Shown piece by piece: positions 20,609 to 30,258 of a stretch of DNA of 64,000 nucleotides. A model generated the notes under the pieces. That model was not told where the DNA came from. It did no database searches and saw only the letters and a program-made list of their open reading frames with translations. The translations under genes were made by a program, and so were the position numbers. Numbering within the stretch: the first letter of the stretch is position 1; each line of letters opens with the position of its first letter. The stretch is taken from NCBI GenBank assembly GCA_046734955.1, contig JBKPSH010000048.1, positions 20,139-84,138 on the forward strand. The letters run 5' to 3'. The stretch comes from Acidobacteriota bacterium (lineage in GTDB: Bacteria > Acidobacteriota > Vicinamibacteria > Vicinamibacterales > 2-12-FULL-66-21).

Positions 20609-20896
20609 TTACCGCTTTCGCTCGCGCATCGACTGACGGACTTGATCGATCGACCTTCGCAAATCACGAAGAATCGTTCGTTGATCCCGGATTGACTTCG
20701 TGAGTTCGGATACACACTCGAAGAGCGCAGTCATCCGTGCGGTGTGGCGGGCGTGAGTCATGACGCGATCGTCAATCGTCTTCACATCGGCGTGAATGCG
20801 ATCGGCGCATCGCGAGCCGGCTTCCACTTCCGCCTGGAGATCGTCGATTTGCGTTCTGACGGTCGCGATCGATTCACGCAGCCATTCGGCGTTCAT
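20609..20896 (-). CDS. Small coiled-coil hypothetical protein
   Basis: Heptad-like pattern throughout its 95 aa. Confidence 0.5.
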   Translation of the reverse strand: MNAEWLRESIATVRTQIDDLQAEVEAGSRCADRIHADVKTIDDRVMTHARHTARMTALFECVSELTKSIRDQRTILRDLRRSIDQVRQSMRERKR

Positions 20897-21134
20897 AGAA
20901 CCCCAGAGGCATCGCAGCCGCGGCGCAGACGCAGGGTCTGCGCGTATCAGTTCCATTCTAAATCCGAACCACGTTGCGTGGAGCGTATCGATAACGAACG
21001 AGCTCGGGCTGTAGCTCAGCAACGACAGCCGTACCGCTGTCGGGCTTGCGCTTGCCTTTCAGTTCGGAGCCACAAACAGGGTATCTTAACCAGAGCCGTT
21101 CAGACGGTTCTTACAAGCCGCTACGGGTATCACG

Positions 21135-23147
21135 GTGGAAAAACCCACGAACCCGCGTGTCGCCAGCCGGAGGCTGGTGCTGCTGTGTGGAGTCGTCCCC
21201 GCATTGCTGACTGTCGGCGTCGCGCTCTGGCGACCCGTCCTTCTCACACAGCTCGATCGCCGTGTCTACGACGGATTCCTCCGGGAACTGCCTGCCTCAC
21301 CACAAGACAGCAGTCGCGTCACGGTCGTCGACATCGACGAGCGTAGTCTTGCCGCGGTCGGACAGTGGCCGTGGAGCCGTGACGTGATCGCGCGTCTGGT
21401 GACACGGCTTCGTGAGATGGGAGCCGTGGTGATCGCGCTCGACGTGATCTTTCCGGAGAGCGACCGCTTTCGACGCGTCGATTCCGCGCCGGGCGACGAG
21501 ACCGACGCGGCACTCGCCTCGGCACTGCAACAAGGTCACGTTGTCGTTGGCTACGCGTTTACGTTCAACGACAACGCCAACCCTTCGCCGAATTGCCCGC
21601 TCAGTCCACTGACGATGCCCGTGGTCCAGGCCGGCGCCGGTAGCGCCGAGTTGCCGGTCTTTCACGCGACGGGCGTGGTGTGTAGTCTGCCGCAGATCTC
21701 GAAAGCGGCACAGGCCTCGGGTTTCCTGAACGCCATTCCCGATTCCGACGGCATGCTGCGCCGCCTGCCGCTCGTCATTGAACAGCAAGGACAGCTCTAT
21801 CCCGCTCTCGGAGTGGCCGCCGCGATGGCGGCCAGTGGAGAGCGCCCGGTCGCGCTGAGGATGGTGAACGTCAACGCGACATCACTCCTGCTCGATTCGA
21901 GAGAAGTTCCGCTCGATGCGCGAAGCAACCTGTTGCTACGCTATCGCGGACGGTCACGAACGTTGCGCTACGTCTCGGCGATTGACGTGCTCCAGGGCCG
22001 CGCCTCCCCGGCCGCGGTCAAAAGCGCCATCGCCATCGTCGGAGCCACGGCGCTCGGCACACGTGACAGCGTCGCCACTCCGTTCGACACGCAGTTTGCC
22101 GGCGTCGAAGTGCAGGCCACTCTCGCAGACAATCTTCTTCGTGGTGATTTCATCGCGCGTCCTGCCGACGCGCTGTCGGTCGAAATGGCCGCGGTTCTTG
22201 GTTTCGGAATCGCGGTCACGCTCCTGGTCGCAAGATTCGGTCTCGCGTGGGGGAGCGCTCTTGGACTGCTGCTACTTGCGGCCGGCTGGCGCGGTTCGGC
22301 CTGGGTGATGACGGCAAAGGGCGCCTACTTCTCCCCCGTCTATCCGGCGATCGGCCTTCTCGCCTCGATGCTGGCAGCGACACTGGCCAAGCTGGCGCAT
22401 GAGCGCCACCGCGCGAAATCGGCAACCGACGAGAGCGAGGTCGCGCAGCGAATGATGGTGCAGTCGCTGCTTTCATTGACCGAGATTCGTGACGCCGAAA
22501 CCGGCAACCACTCACGCAGAACGCAACAGTACAGCCGGTTGCTCGCGATGCAGCTTCGCGATCACCCGCGGTTTCGCGAGTATCTGACGCCGTCGCACAT
22601 CGAGATGCTCTCGACGCTCGCGCCGCTGCACGACATCGGCAAGGTCGGCGTCCCCGATCAGCTGTTGAACAAGCCCGGCGCGCTGACCGACGACGAATTG
22701 CGCGAGATGAAGAAACATCCCGTCTACGGTCTGAAAGTGATCACAACCGCGCAGAGACGTGCGCATGCCGACGACGATGAGACGCTGGCGATGGCGAAAG
22801 AAATCGTCTACACCCACCACGAGCGATGGGACGGGCAGGGATATCCGCGTGGGCTCAAGGGGGAACAGATCCCGATTCCCGGGCGGGTCATGGCGGTCGT
22901 TGATGCCTACGACGCCCTGACGAGCGCTCGTTGCTACCGTGGACCGATGCCGCACGACCGCGCGGTCGAACTGATCATCGACGGTGAAGGCACGCATTTC
23001 GATCCCGCCGTGATCGAGGCGTTCCGCCGGACGGCGCCGCTGCTGTTTCGGGTAGCTCACGAAACGAACGACACCGCGTTTGCCTCTCTGGCATCGGCAC
23101 GTGCGGTCAGCCCTCCACAGACGGGACGTTCATCGGCTGGACGCTGA
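21135..23147 (+). CDS. CHASE2 sensor + HD-GYP cyclic-dinucleotide phosphodiesterase
   Basis: VVDIDERSL...GQWPWSR, D.DG..RR, three TM helices, then LHDIGK and HHERWDGQGYP. Confidence 0.93.
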   Translation: MEKPTNPRVASRRLVLLCGVVPALLTVGVALWRPVLLTQLDRRVYDGFLRELPASPQDSSRVTVVDIDERSLAAVGQWPWSRDVIARLVTRLREMGAVVIALDVIFPESDRFRRVDSAPGDETDAALASALQQGHVVVGYAFTFNDNANPSPNCPLSPLTMPVVQAGAGSAELPVFHATGVVCSLPQISKAAQASGFLNAIPDSDGMLRRLPLVIEQQGQLYPALGVAAAMAASGERPVALRMVNVNATSLLLDSREVPLDARSNLLLRYRGRSRTLRYVSAIDVLQGRASPAAVKSAIAIVGATALGTRDSVATPFDTQFAGVEVQATLADNLLRGDFIARPADALSVEMAAVLGFGIAVTLLVARFGLAWGSALGLLLLAAGWRGSAWVMTAKGAYFSPVYPAIGLLASMLAATLAKLAHERHRAKSATDESEVAQRMMVQSLLSLTEIRDAETGNHSRRTQQYSRLLAMQLRDHPRFREYLTPSHIEMLSTLAPLHDIGKVGVPDQLLNKPGALTDDELREMKKHPVYGLKVITTAQRRAHADDDETLAMAKEIVYTHHERWDGQGYPRGLKGEQIPIPGRVMAVVDAYDALTSARCYRGPMPHDRAVELIIDGEGTHFDPAVIEAFRRTAPLLFRVAHETNDTAFASLASARAVSPPQTGRSSAGR

Positions 23148-23580
23148 AATCGCCAGCCGGATCGATCGCCACGGCATATACCTCGTCGAAGCCTTCCTCG
23201 AGCAACGGCTTCGACATGCGCTTCGCCCTCGTGAAGATCGCGACATCCGGTACGCGCGCTTTCCCTTCCCGTCCGCGGTTGCGCCCAACGGCCTCGCGCG
23301 TCGTCGCCGTGAAATAGTACCCAATGACGCGCGCACCGTGTTCGCGCGCGATCGCAATCACCGGCGCGCGATCGGCTGCCGCAGGATTGGTGTTGTCGAT
23401 CACGACCGAACGTCCTTGCGCCAACGCGTGCCGCAGTTCTTCAGCCTGCCGCCGGTCCTTGTTCGCGCTGTTCGGCCACAGGTCTTTGCTGATGTGCTGA
23501 TGGGTGCCGGCGAACCGGCGCTGGTAGAAGGTCGTCTTCCCCGAGGCAGGGAGGCCTACGAAGATCACGCACTCTGGCAC
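23107..23580 (-). CDS. AAA_33 / polynucleotide-kinase-like P-loop protein
   Basis: GLPASGKTT, VVIDNTN and P...EGFD motifs. Confidence 0.85.
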   Translation of the reverse strand: MPECVIFVGLPASGKTTFYQRRFAGTHQHISKDLWPNSANKDRRQAEELRHALAQGRSVVIDNTNPAAADRAPVIAIAREHGARVIGYYFTATTREAVGRNRGREGKARVPDVAIFTRAKRMSKPLLEEGFDEVYAVAIDPAGDFSVQPMNVPSVEG

Positions 23581-23583
23581 AGG

Positions 23584-23662
23584 TCAATGATCAATGTTCA
23601 ATGTCCAATGTTCAATGCAGATCATAAACATTGAGCATTGAACGTTGAGCATCGGACATTGC
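23584..23662. repeat. Heptamer hairpin array (5x TCAATGN, 9-nt loop, 5x inverted RCATTGA)
   Basis: tcaatga tcaatgt tcaatgt ccaatgt tcaatgc agatcataa acattga gcattga acgttga gcatcgg acattgc. Confidence 0.92.
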
Positions 23663-23670
23663 GTGAAGCG

Positions 23671-24009
23671 CTACATTCGATACTTTCCGAGGCGCGCAAG
23701 CATCGTCGCCTTCAGGTCGGTCTCGGAGGTTGACGTCGTGAGATCGACGTCAGCGTCGGCGACCGCGTCGAGGACCGCGCGAATGAGTTGCGCCCGACTG
23801 ATGGCGGCGCCGCTCTGCGCACGGATGTTGGCCGCCAGGCGATCGAGAAATACGATCTGCCGGTTGAACAGGACGACCGTTACCTTCGTCCACGCCTCGT
23901 CGTGAACCGGTGGACGTCCGGGTTTTCGTTTTCCAGTGGTGGCCTGCCGCGTGGGTGCGAAAATGTCAGGTGAAGGTTTGACTGCTTTGGTCCTGCGACG
24001 TCGCGCCAT
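23671..24009 (-). CDS. Ribbon-helix-helix DNA-binding protein with a basic N-terminal tail
   Basis: GRPP...TKVTVVL (strand), ...FLDRL... (helix), ISRAQLIRAVLD (helix). Confidence 0.7.
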   Translation of the reverse strand: MARRRRTKAVKPSPDIFAPTRQATTGKRKPGRPPVHDEAWTKVTVVLFNRQIVFLDRLAANIRAQSGAAISRAQLIRAVLDAVADADVDLTTSTSETDLKATMLARLGKYRM

Positions 24010-24049
24010 TCAACTCTCCCGTTTCCCCTGCTGCTGCCGGCGCTGTGGC

Positions 24050-24073
24050 GTAATTATTTCCATCCCTAATTAC
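24050..24073. promoter_or_regulatory. Perfect inverted repeat GTAATTA-N10-TAATTAC upstream of the RHH gene (candidate operator)
   Basis: Directly visible in an AT-rich gap; function is inferred. Confidence 0.45.
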
Positions 24074-24211
24074 ACACACCACTGATGATTGCGTTTAAAG
24101 GTTATTCAACACTGCCGCTGCAGTTTACTTCAAGCTCTGCCTTTCTCTCGCAAGACGATGAAGGAAGATTCTTCCATCCCCAACGGCCTAAATTGGGCGG
24201 ATTGATGGAGT

Positions 24212-25015
24212 TCAGGCAGGGGTGGTGAAGACCCGCCGTGTGCGGATCCGCTCAAGGACTTCGGCGGCGAGCCGACGAAACGCCTCGGCCGCCTTCGACC
24301 GCGGCGCGTACTGAAAGATGCTCCCCCCGCTCATTGGCGCTTCTTCCAGCGCTCGGCTCGCGAGGATTTCGGTGCGAAAGACATCCAACCCATGCCGCCC
24401 TCTGAGTTGCTTCATCAGGACCGGAGCCTTCCGCGCAGCGGGATCGACGATCGAGAACAGGATGCCAAGCAGGTGGCTGCGGGTATTCAGCCGCAAACGA
24501 ACCGTTTCCAACGAGGCCAGCAGGCTCACGAGCGCGTCGACGGCCAGTGGCTGTGGCGTGACCGGTACGATCAACGCGTCGGCTGCAACCAGCGCATTGA
24601 CGCCGAGTAGAGAGAGATTCGGCGAGCAGTCAAGAATGATGGCGTCGTACTGCGGGCGAATCCGCTTCAGCGACGCTTTGAGCGCAAGCTCTCGGCCAGG
24701 AACGTCGGCGAGCGCGAGATCGGCATTCGCAAGCTCGATACTGCCGGTAATCAGATCCAGGTGTGGAACGTTCGTCGCCCGAACCGCGTGCTGCGCCGGC
24801 AGGTTTTGCAGAAGACAGTTTGCGGAGGAGGGTCGAAGTTGCGTACGTGGCACACCGAGCCACGACGAGGCGGACGCCTGGCTATCCAGATCGACGAGCA
24901 GCAGCCGTCGCCGGGACGACGCGAGTGCCGCAGCAAGGTTCACCGCGGCGGTGGTCTTGCCGACGCCCCCCTTGTTGTTGACGACCGCGATAACCACTGG
25001 AGATTTGTCCATCAT
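24212..25015 (-). CDS. ParA/Soj-family ATPase
   Basis: NNKGGVGKTT deviant Walker A, VDLDSQ, ILDCSP; start at 25015 or 25087. Confidence 0.92.
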   Translation of the reverse strand: MMDKSPVVIAVVNNKGGVGKTTAAVNLAAALASSRRRLLLVDLDSQASASSWLGVPRTQLRPSSANCLLQNLPAQHAVRATNVPHLDLITGSIELANADLALADVPGRELALKASLKRIRPQYDAIILDCSPNLSLLGVNALVAADALIVPVTPQPLAVDALVSLLASLETVRLRLNTRSHLLGILFSIVDPAARKAPVLMKQLRGRHGLDVFRTEILASRALEEAPMSGGSIFQYAPRSKAAEAFRRLAAEVLERIRTRRVFTTPA

Positions 25016-25246
25016 TCTATCCACAAATCTCGCGGGTCGTGGATCCCGCACGCCGATCGTCGCCACTGACGCGCCCATATCCGCCATACCGCCGGCGCCG
25101 GAACGTCGCAGGCCGAATACCGGAGTATTGCAATGTAAGCGCCATTCTTTTTGCAATGCGGTTGACATCGCAGTCGACGGGCAAGGAAACTCGACAACGT
25201 CGTCTTGCGTTCGGATTCTGGACAATCGCGGGGAATCGCAGGTGTG

Positions 25247-25843
25247 ATGGGACTATGGAATTGGTTCACGAGACGTGGTGCAGCCCACGTCGATTCGCGG
25301 TTGCGGCGGTGGCGGGAGCACTGGTTGAGAGCCGTCGCATCGTCCGATCACGACGAAATCCCGCGGCTCGCCCGTCATCTCGACACGTTCGGGTTCTCCG
25401 ACGACGAGATCGAGATTGAACGCGAGATGCTGCAGGCGCTGGTCGATCGCGAGAAGCTGGCGGTCACGATACGCGAGTCCGGTCTTCCGAACGTGGAAAC
25501 CGGACATCGAGTCGTGCGCGGCGAGCTCTGCCATTATTCCGAGCCCGCGTCGATGCCCGACGATGCCGGACAGCCGTCGGGCCGTTTGCTGCTGACCGCC
25601 AATCGCGCGCTCTTTGTCGGCAGCGGCAAGACCGTCGCTGCCGCGTGGCACACCATCTCCGTGGCCGTCCACGCCGAGCGAGATGTCGTCCTCGTCAAAA
25701 ACGGCCGCGAGCACGCGTATCGGTTTCGATGCAACACCTACGGCGACGCACTCCGCGCCGCTTTTATCGCCCAGCAATTGCTCGCCAAACGGCAGCCGCG
25801 GGTCAACACGGATCGAACTACGCCACAGATGAACACGGATTAA
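25247..25843 (+). CDS. Hypothetical protein; C-terminus derived from repeat DNA
   Basis: Open 198-aa frame divergent from the ParA gene; ends ...VNTDRTTPQMNTD inside the repeat array. Confidence 0.75.
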   Translation: MGLWNWFTRRGAAHVDSRLRRWREHWLRAVASSDHDEIPRLARHLDTFGFSDDEIEIEREMLQALVDREKLAVTIRESGLPNVETGHRVVRGELCHYSEPASMPDDAGQPSGRLLLTANRALFVGSGKTVAAAWHTISVAVHAERDVVLVKNGREHAYRFRCNTYGDALRAAFIAQQLLAKRQPRVNTDRTTPQMNTD

Positions 25844-25922
25844 GGCGGAAATTATTAGCCACGGATGAACACGGATCAACACGGAAATCACTAGCCACGG
25901 ATGAACACCGATCAACACGGAT
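25803..25922. repeat. Array of CCACGGATGAACACGGAT(C/T)AA-type units (inverted relative to 26876-27105)
   Basis: ccacagatgaacacggattaa / ccacggatgaacacggatcaacacgga / ccacggatgaacaccgatcaacacgga. Confidence 0.85.
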
Positions 25923-25930
25923 TTCTTTTC

Positions 25931-26861
25931 GAGGCAGTGTCAGATTGTTCTGTGTCGAGCTCGTTAAGCGGTGATGCGTGTGGCGCTCCGGGAAACCGCG
26001 TTCTGTGCGGTTTTCCAAGGAGCGGTGGACGCGTTCTGTGCGTCCACGGTTCGGCCAGCGTCCATGCGCCGTGGCATTTTACGACGCCGGCGCAAGAAAA
26101 CGGTCTCCATAGCTGATCGCGAATTGATTTCGGGCATGACTCCAGAAATTGGCTTCCTTCCCCCATGTCGCGGTGATGTTCCGCAGCGCGAGCCAGAGCA
26201 ATTTGATCGCGGCGGCGTCGGTCGGAAAGTGGCCGCGAGTCTTGAGGATCTTGCGGACGCGAGCATGCACACTCTCCAGCGGGTTGGTCGTGTAGAGCAC
26301 TTTTCCGCACGTCCGGCGGAAACGCGAAGAATGGAATGGCGTGCGTCCAGGCCCGACGCCAATTCGCGACGATCGCGGCATAGCGTTGGCCCCACGCGCC
26401 GGGTACATCTCGCGGAGGAACGCCTGAATCTCCCGCACCGTCATCCCGCGCGTAGAGCGCCAGGATCTTGTCGTCAACGCCCGTAAAGTGGCGCTCGTGC
26501 TTGGGAATCAGCTGGGGCTCAAACGTGCCCTCACGATCACGCGGGATTTCCAGGGTCAGGGGCCCGTCATCCGTCAGGACCGTCTTGTCGGTGGTCCCAT
26601 TGCGATAATTCGTCCTCGGGTCCGGTTTGGCCCTCGGGCGGATACCCAAGGTGGTGGGTCAGCTCGCCGCCCAACGCACGCTGGAGCAAGGCTTTTCTTG
26701 AAGCGCCGCGTCGCCCCATCGATATCGGCCGCCGACAATGGCCCTTCACGGGCAAAATGATTGCGCACGTCTTCGGAAACGTCGGTCGCTTTCGGCTTGC
26801 GTGTGCGTGGCATGAGTACTCCTCATCCGATGCCCCACACACAAATTCCGGACACTCTCTC
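25931..26861 (-). mobile_element. IS256-family element remnant (internally deleted, frameshifted transposase)
   Basis: ELTHHLGY, NYRNG, IPRDREGTFEPQLIPK, ILALYARGMT.REI, then jumps to W.....PFFAFP..VRK.LYTTN.LES; imperfect terminal IRs GAGGCAGTGTC / GAGAGAGTGTC; no target duplication found. Confidence 0.9.
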
Positions 26862-26875
26862 ATCCGCTTTATTCG

Positions 26876-27105
26876 TCCGTGCTAATCCGTGTTCTTCCGT
26901 GGTCCGTGTTAATCCGTGTTCTTCCGTGGTCCGTGTTAATCCGTGTTCTTCCGTGGTCCGTGTTAATCCGTGTTCTTCCGTGGTCTGTGTTAATCCGTGT
27001 TCTTCCGTGGTCCGGGTTAATCCGTGTTCTTCCGTGGTCCGGGTTAATCTGTGTTCTTCCGTGGTCCGTGCTAGTCGCGTTCTTCCGTGGCTCTTAGTTC
27101 CGTGG
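26876..27105. repeat. Tandem 27-mer TCCGTGTTAATCCGTGTTCTTCCGTGG x8 (no spacers)
   Basis: Eight copies counted at 26876-27090 plus a partial copy; TATAAT follows at 27108. Confidence 0.97.
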
Positions 27106-27122
27106 CTTATAATGCGAGCCGC

Positions 27123-28316
27123 ATGTCATCCACGGTAACCGCGTCACCCGCTGTCGAACTCGGAATCGATCGCCTGCTCGAAACTGACCGCTCGCTCGTC
27201 GCGGGCCGCCGCATCGGCATCGTCTGCAACCCTGCGTCAATCGACAGCAAGCTGCGACATACGTCCTCTCGCTTCACCGACGATCCGGACATGCGAGTGG
27301 TGGCGCTCTTCGGGCCGCAGCACGGCTTCCGGTCCGATCTTCAGGACAACATGATCGAGACGCCGCACACGCGCGACGCGCGGCGCGCGATCCCCGTTTA
27401 TTCCCTGTACAGCGAAACTCGTGAGCCGACGGCGGAGATGCTGAAGAACATCGACGTCCTGGTGATCGATCTGCAGGATGTCGGGACTCGCGTCTACACC
27501 TATATCTACACGATGGCAAACTGCATGCGCGCCGCGTCGAAGAACGGCGTCCTCGTCGTCGTTTGCGATCGGCCGAACCCGGTCGGCGGCAACGACGTCG
27601 AAGGCAGCCGGCTCGAACCCGCGTACACGTCGTTTGTCGGACAGTTTCCGATTCCTCTCCGCCACGGCATGACGATTGGTGAGCTGGCGCGGATGTTCAA
27701 CGACGAGTTCCGGCTCAATTGTTCGCTCGAGGTCGTTCCTCTCGTTGGCTGGCAGCGATCGATGTATTTCGACGAAACGGGACTTCCGTGGGTCATGCCG
27801 TCGCCGAACATCCCGACGCTCGACAGCACCATCGTCTATCCGGGCGCTGTCCTGATTGAAGGAACGCTGTTGTCGGAAGGTCGAGGGACGACGCGGCCGT
27901 TCGAACTGATTGGCGCACCGTGGATCGACGGCGATCGGCTCGCCGACGCCATGAACGCGAAGCGTCTGCCGGGCGTCCACTTTCGTCCAGTCTTTTTCGA
28001 GCCCACGTTCCAGAAGCACGCGAAGCAGACGTGCGGAGGATGCCAGGTGCACGTCCTCGATCGCCGGACCTTCCATCCGATCCGCACGATTGTCGAGTTG
28101 ATCGCCGAATTCCGCGCGCAGAATCCCGCTCGTTTCGCCTGGCGGGAACCGCCCTACGAATACGAGCACGAGAAGCAGCCGATTGATATCCTGTTCGGAT
28201 CAGATCACCTGCGGAAGACGATCGACTCGGGCGGCGACGTCACCGGGTTCGTGGACTCCTGGCAGGCAGACGAAGATGCGTTCCGGCAACTGCGAGAGAA
28301 ATACCTCTTTTATTAG
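27123..28316 (+). CDS. namZ: DUF1343 / exo-beta-N-acetylmuramidase NamZ family
   Basis: LFGPQHG, YSLY, DLQDVGTRVYTY, DRPNP, HGMTIGE, PSPNIP and SEGRGTTRPFE motifs. Confidence 0.9.
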   Translation: MSSTVTASPAVELGIDRLLETDRSLVAGRRIGIVCNPASIDSKLRHTSSRFTDDPDMRVVALFGPQHGFRSDLQDNMIETPHTRDARRAIPVYSLYSETREPTAEMLKNIDVLVIDLQDVGTRVYTYIYTMANCMRAASKNGVLVVVCDRPNPVGGNDVEGSRLEPAYTSFVGQFPIPLRHGMTIGELARMFNDEFRLNCSLEVVPLVGWQRSMYFDETGLPWVMPSPNIPTLDSTIVYPGAVLIEGTLLSEGRGTTRPFELIGAPWIDGDRLADAMNAKRLPGVHFRPVFFEPTFQKHAKQTCGGCQVHVLDRRTFHPIRTIVELIAEFRAQNPARFAWREPPYEYEHEKQPIDILFGSDHLRKTIDSGGDVTGFVDSWQADEDAFRQLREKYLFY

Positions 28317-28327
28317 AGTCGAGGTCC

Positions 28328-28357
28328 GTTTTTGAACTAAAAACATAAAGTCAAAAA
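28328..28357. terminator. AT-rich hairpin between convergent genes
   Basis: gtttttga-N14-tcaaaaac. Confidence 0.4.
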
Positions 28358-28372
28358 CAGACACTTCAAGCA

Positions 28373-28855
28373 TCAGGCATTTGCTTTTGAGGCCGCGTCT
28401 CTGACCGCTCGAATCTGACGTGCATGTTTGTGTGCGTGCTCCGAGTAGGTTTTCAACCAGGACTCGACGCCGTAGGGTCCGGCTTCCGTATGCGTGCCTT
28501 CGCGGACCCACTCGGCCGGCGTGAGGCGATCGAGAATCTCCATCGTTGACTGCCGCGCGACGCGAAAGAGTTCCAGCGAAGTTTGGTGTGGTCGGTCGTA
28601 GTAGAGTCGCCGCGCGAACTCATCCTGATCGTAGCCGCGTAGGGTCGGGCGATCCTCGGCGACGAGCAGGCGCAGCCTGACGGCGGCGGTCATCTCGCTG
28701 TCCGCGAGATGATGAACGATCTCGCGAACGGACCAGCGTTTCGGATCCGGCTTGAAGTCGAGCTCCTCAGGCGTGATTTTCAGCAACGCCTCGGCGACTG
28801 CCGCGTAACCGCCGCTATACAGTTCGACTAATTTCTTCCGATCTTCAGCCAGCAT
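28373..28855 (-). CDS. DinB/YfiT-family protein
   Basis: WSVREIVHHLADSE...YDQD...H..KH..QI motif. Confidence 0.88.
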   Translation of the reverse strand: MLAEDRKKLVELYSGGYAAVAEALLKITPEELDFKPDPKRWSVREIVHHLADSEMTAAVRLRLLVAEDRPTLRGYDQDEFARRLYYDRPHQTSLELFRVARQSTMEILDRLTPAEWVREGTHTEAGPYGVESWLKTYSEHAHKHARQIRAVRDAASKANA

Positions 28856-28863
28856 AAACCCTC

Positions 28864-29724
28864 CTACGCGCGCGTCTTGGCAATGCCCGGTGCCTTCGTT
28901 TCCTGCGCCGTCTGCGGCACCATGTGGTGTTTCATCAGATGCCGTTGCAACTCCCCGAACGCGTCCTCGACGGAGTCCACGCGGCACAGCAGATTGAGGT
29001 CCTCTTCGTTGATCGCGCCCCATTCGGCCAGCGGCTCGAGCCGGAACACATCGTTCCAATATTCACTGCCATAGAGGATGACGAGCAGCTTCTTCGAGAG
29101 CTTGCGCGTCTGCGCGAGGGTCAGGATCTCGAACATCTCGTCGATGGTCCCGAAGCCGCCTGGAAAAATGACGAGCGCCTTGGCGAGATACGCGAACCAG
29201 AACTTCCGCATGAAGAAATAGTGGAAGTTGAAGACGAGATCCTTGGTGATGTACCGATTCGGCGCCTGCTCGAACGGCAGCGCGATGTTCAACCCGACGG
29301 ATTTCCCGCCCGCTTCCTTTGCGCCGCGATTTGCCGCCTCCATGATGCCGGGCCCGCCGCCCGAGCAGACCACGAAGCGATGCCGCTGTGCCTCGAGTGA
29401 CATACTCCACTTGGTCAACTGTCTCGCCAGCGTCCGCGCGTCCTCGTAGTAACGCGACCACTCGAGCGCTTTACGGCTTCGTTTGAGCGCAGCCTTATAG
29501 TCCGATTTGCCGCGTCCCGTGGTCTTCTGCAGGCGCGACAGATTTCGCTGAGCAAGATGCCGGCTGAGCACACGCGCCGACCCGAAGAACACGACCGTAT
29601 CCTGAATGTTGTGCGCTTTGAAACGGCGAAGTGGATCGAGGTATTCCGCCAGAATGCGGATCGGCCGCGCGTCCTGGCTCTCCATGAACTCGGTGTCGTG
29701 GTAGGCAAGCGGATGATCGTTCAT
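28864..29724 (-). CDS. LOG / TIGR00730-family nucleotide-binding protein
   Basis: FFGSAR, GGGPGIMEAANRGA, FFMRK and FPGGFGTIDE motifs. Confidence 0.92.
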   Translation of the reverse strand: MNDHPLAYHDTEFMESQDARPIRILAEYLDPLRRFKAHNIQDTVVFFGSARVLSRHLAQRNLSRLQKTTGRGKSDYKAALKRSRKALEWSRYYEDARTLARQLTKWSMSLEAQRHRFVVCSGGGPGIMEAANRGAKEAGGKSVGLNIALPFEQAPNRYITKDLVFNFHYFFMRKFWFAYLAKALVIFPGGFGTIDEMFEILTLAQTRKLSKKLLVILYGSEYWNDVFRLEPLAEWGAINEEDLNLLCRVDSVEDAFGELQRHLMKHHMVPQTAQETKAPGIAKTRA

Positions 29725-29791
29725 CAGCAAAAAACTGTATCATCTTCAAAAGCGATACCGTGTACAAGGGGTAAGACAGGAGAGGACATTC

Positions 29792-30235
29792 ATGAGTCGG
29801 CGGTGGATTGCGGTCGTGTTTCTGTTTTCACTGATGACAATTTCGGCACTCGCCGCGCGCCAAGCTGCTAAACCGGCGGCAGGATCCGCCAGTGGATGGA
29901 CGCTTCCACCGGAGGCGCAGACAACAAAGAATCCGCTCCCGGTGGATGCCAAGCTGGTGGCGACCGGCAAAGCGATCTTCAAGGACAAGTGCCAGAAGTG
30001 CCACGGCGCGAGTGGAAAAGGCGACGGACCGGACGCCGATCCGGATGCGCAGGAAGACATGGACCTGACGCGTGCCGATCGCGCGTCGAAGAATCCAGAT
30101 GGCGTGGTGTTCTACAAGGTCTTCAACGGCCGCAAAAAGCCGAAGATGCCGGCGCAGAAGGACGAGTTGACGAAGGATCAGATCTGGGCCGTCGTCTCGT
30201 ACGTGCAGACACTGCGCAAGACAACGACACCATAG
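29792..30235 (+). CDS. Periplasmic monoheme cytochrome c
   Basis: Signal peptide; NP...GK.IF..KCQKCHG..GKGDG; distal MP. Confidence 0.9.
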   Translation: MSRRWIAVVFLFSLMTISALAARQAAKPAAGSASGWTLPPEAQTTKNPLPVDAKLVATGKAIFKDKCQKCHGASGKGDGPDADPDAQEDMDLTRADRASKNPDGVVFYKVFNGRKKPKMPAQKDELTKDQIWAVVSYVQTLRKTTTP

Positions 30236-30258
30236 TCCTAACCATCCCTTTTCCCTTT

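Noticed and set aside
21006-21019. GGGCTGTAGCTCAG resembling a tRNA 5' end
   Set aside because: No anticodon arm, T-loop or matching acceptor 3' strand follows.
26876-27105. 27-bp repeats as a CRISPR array
   Set aside because: Units are head-to-tail with no spacers, have internal 10+10+7 sub-periodicity, and no cas genes are in the window.
25803-27105. Composite transposon bounded by the inverted arrays
   Set aside because: The IS has its own terminal IRs inside the arrays, and the same repeat unit occurs alone at 61990, so the arrays are host repeats.
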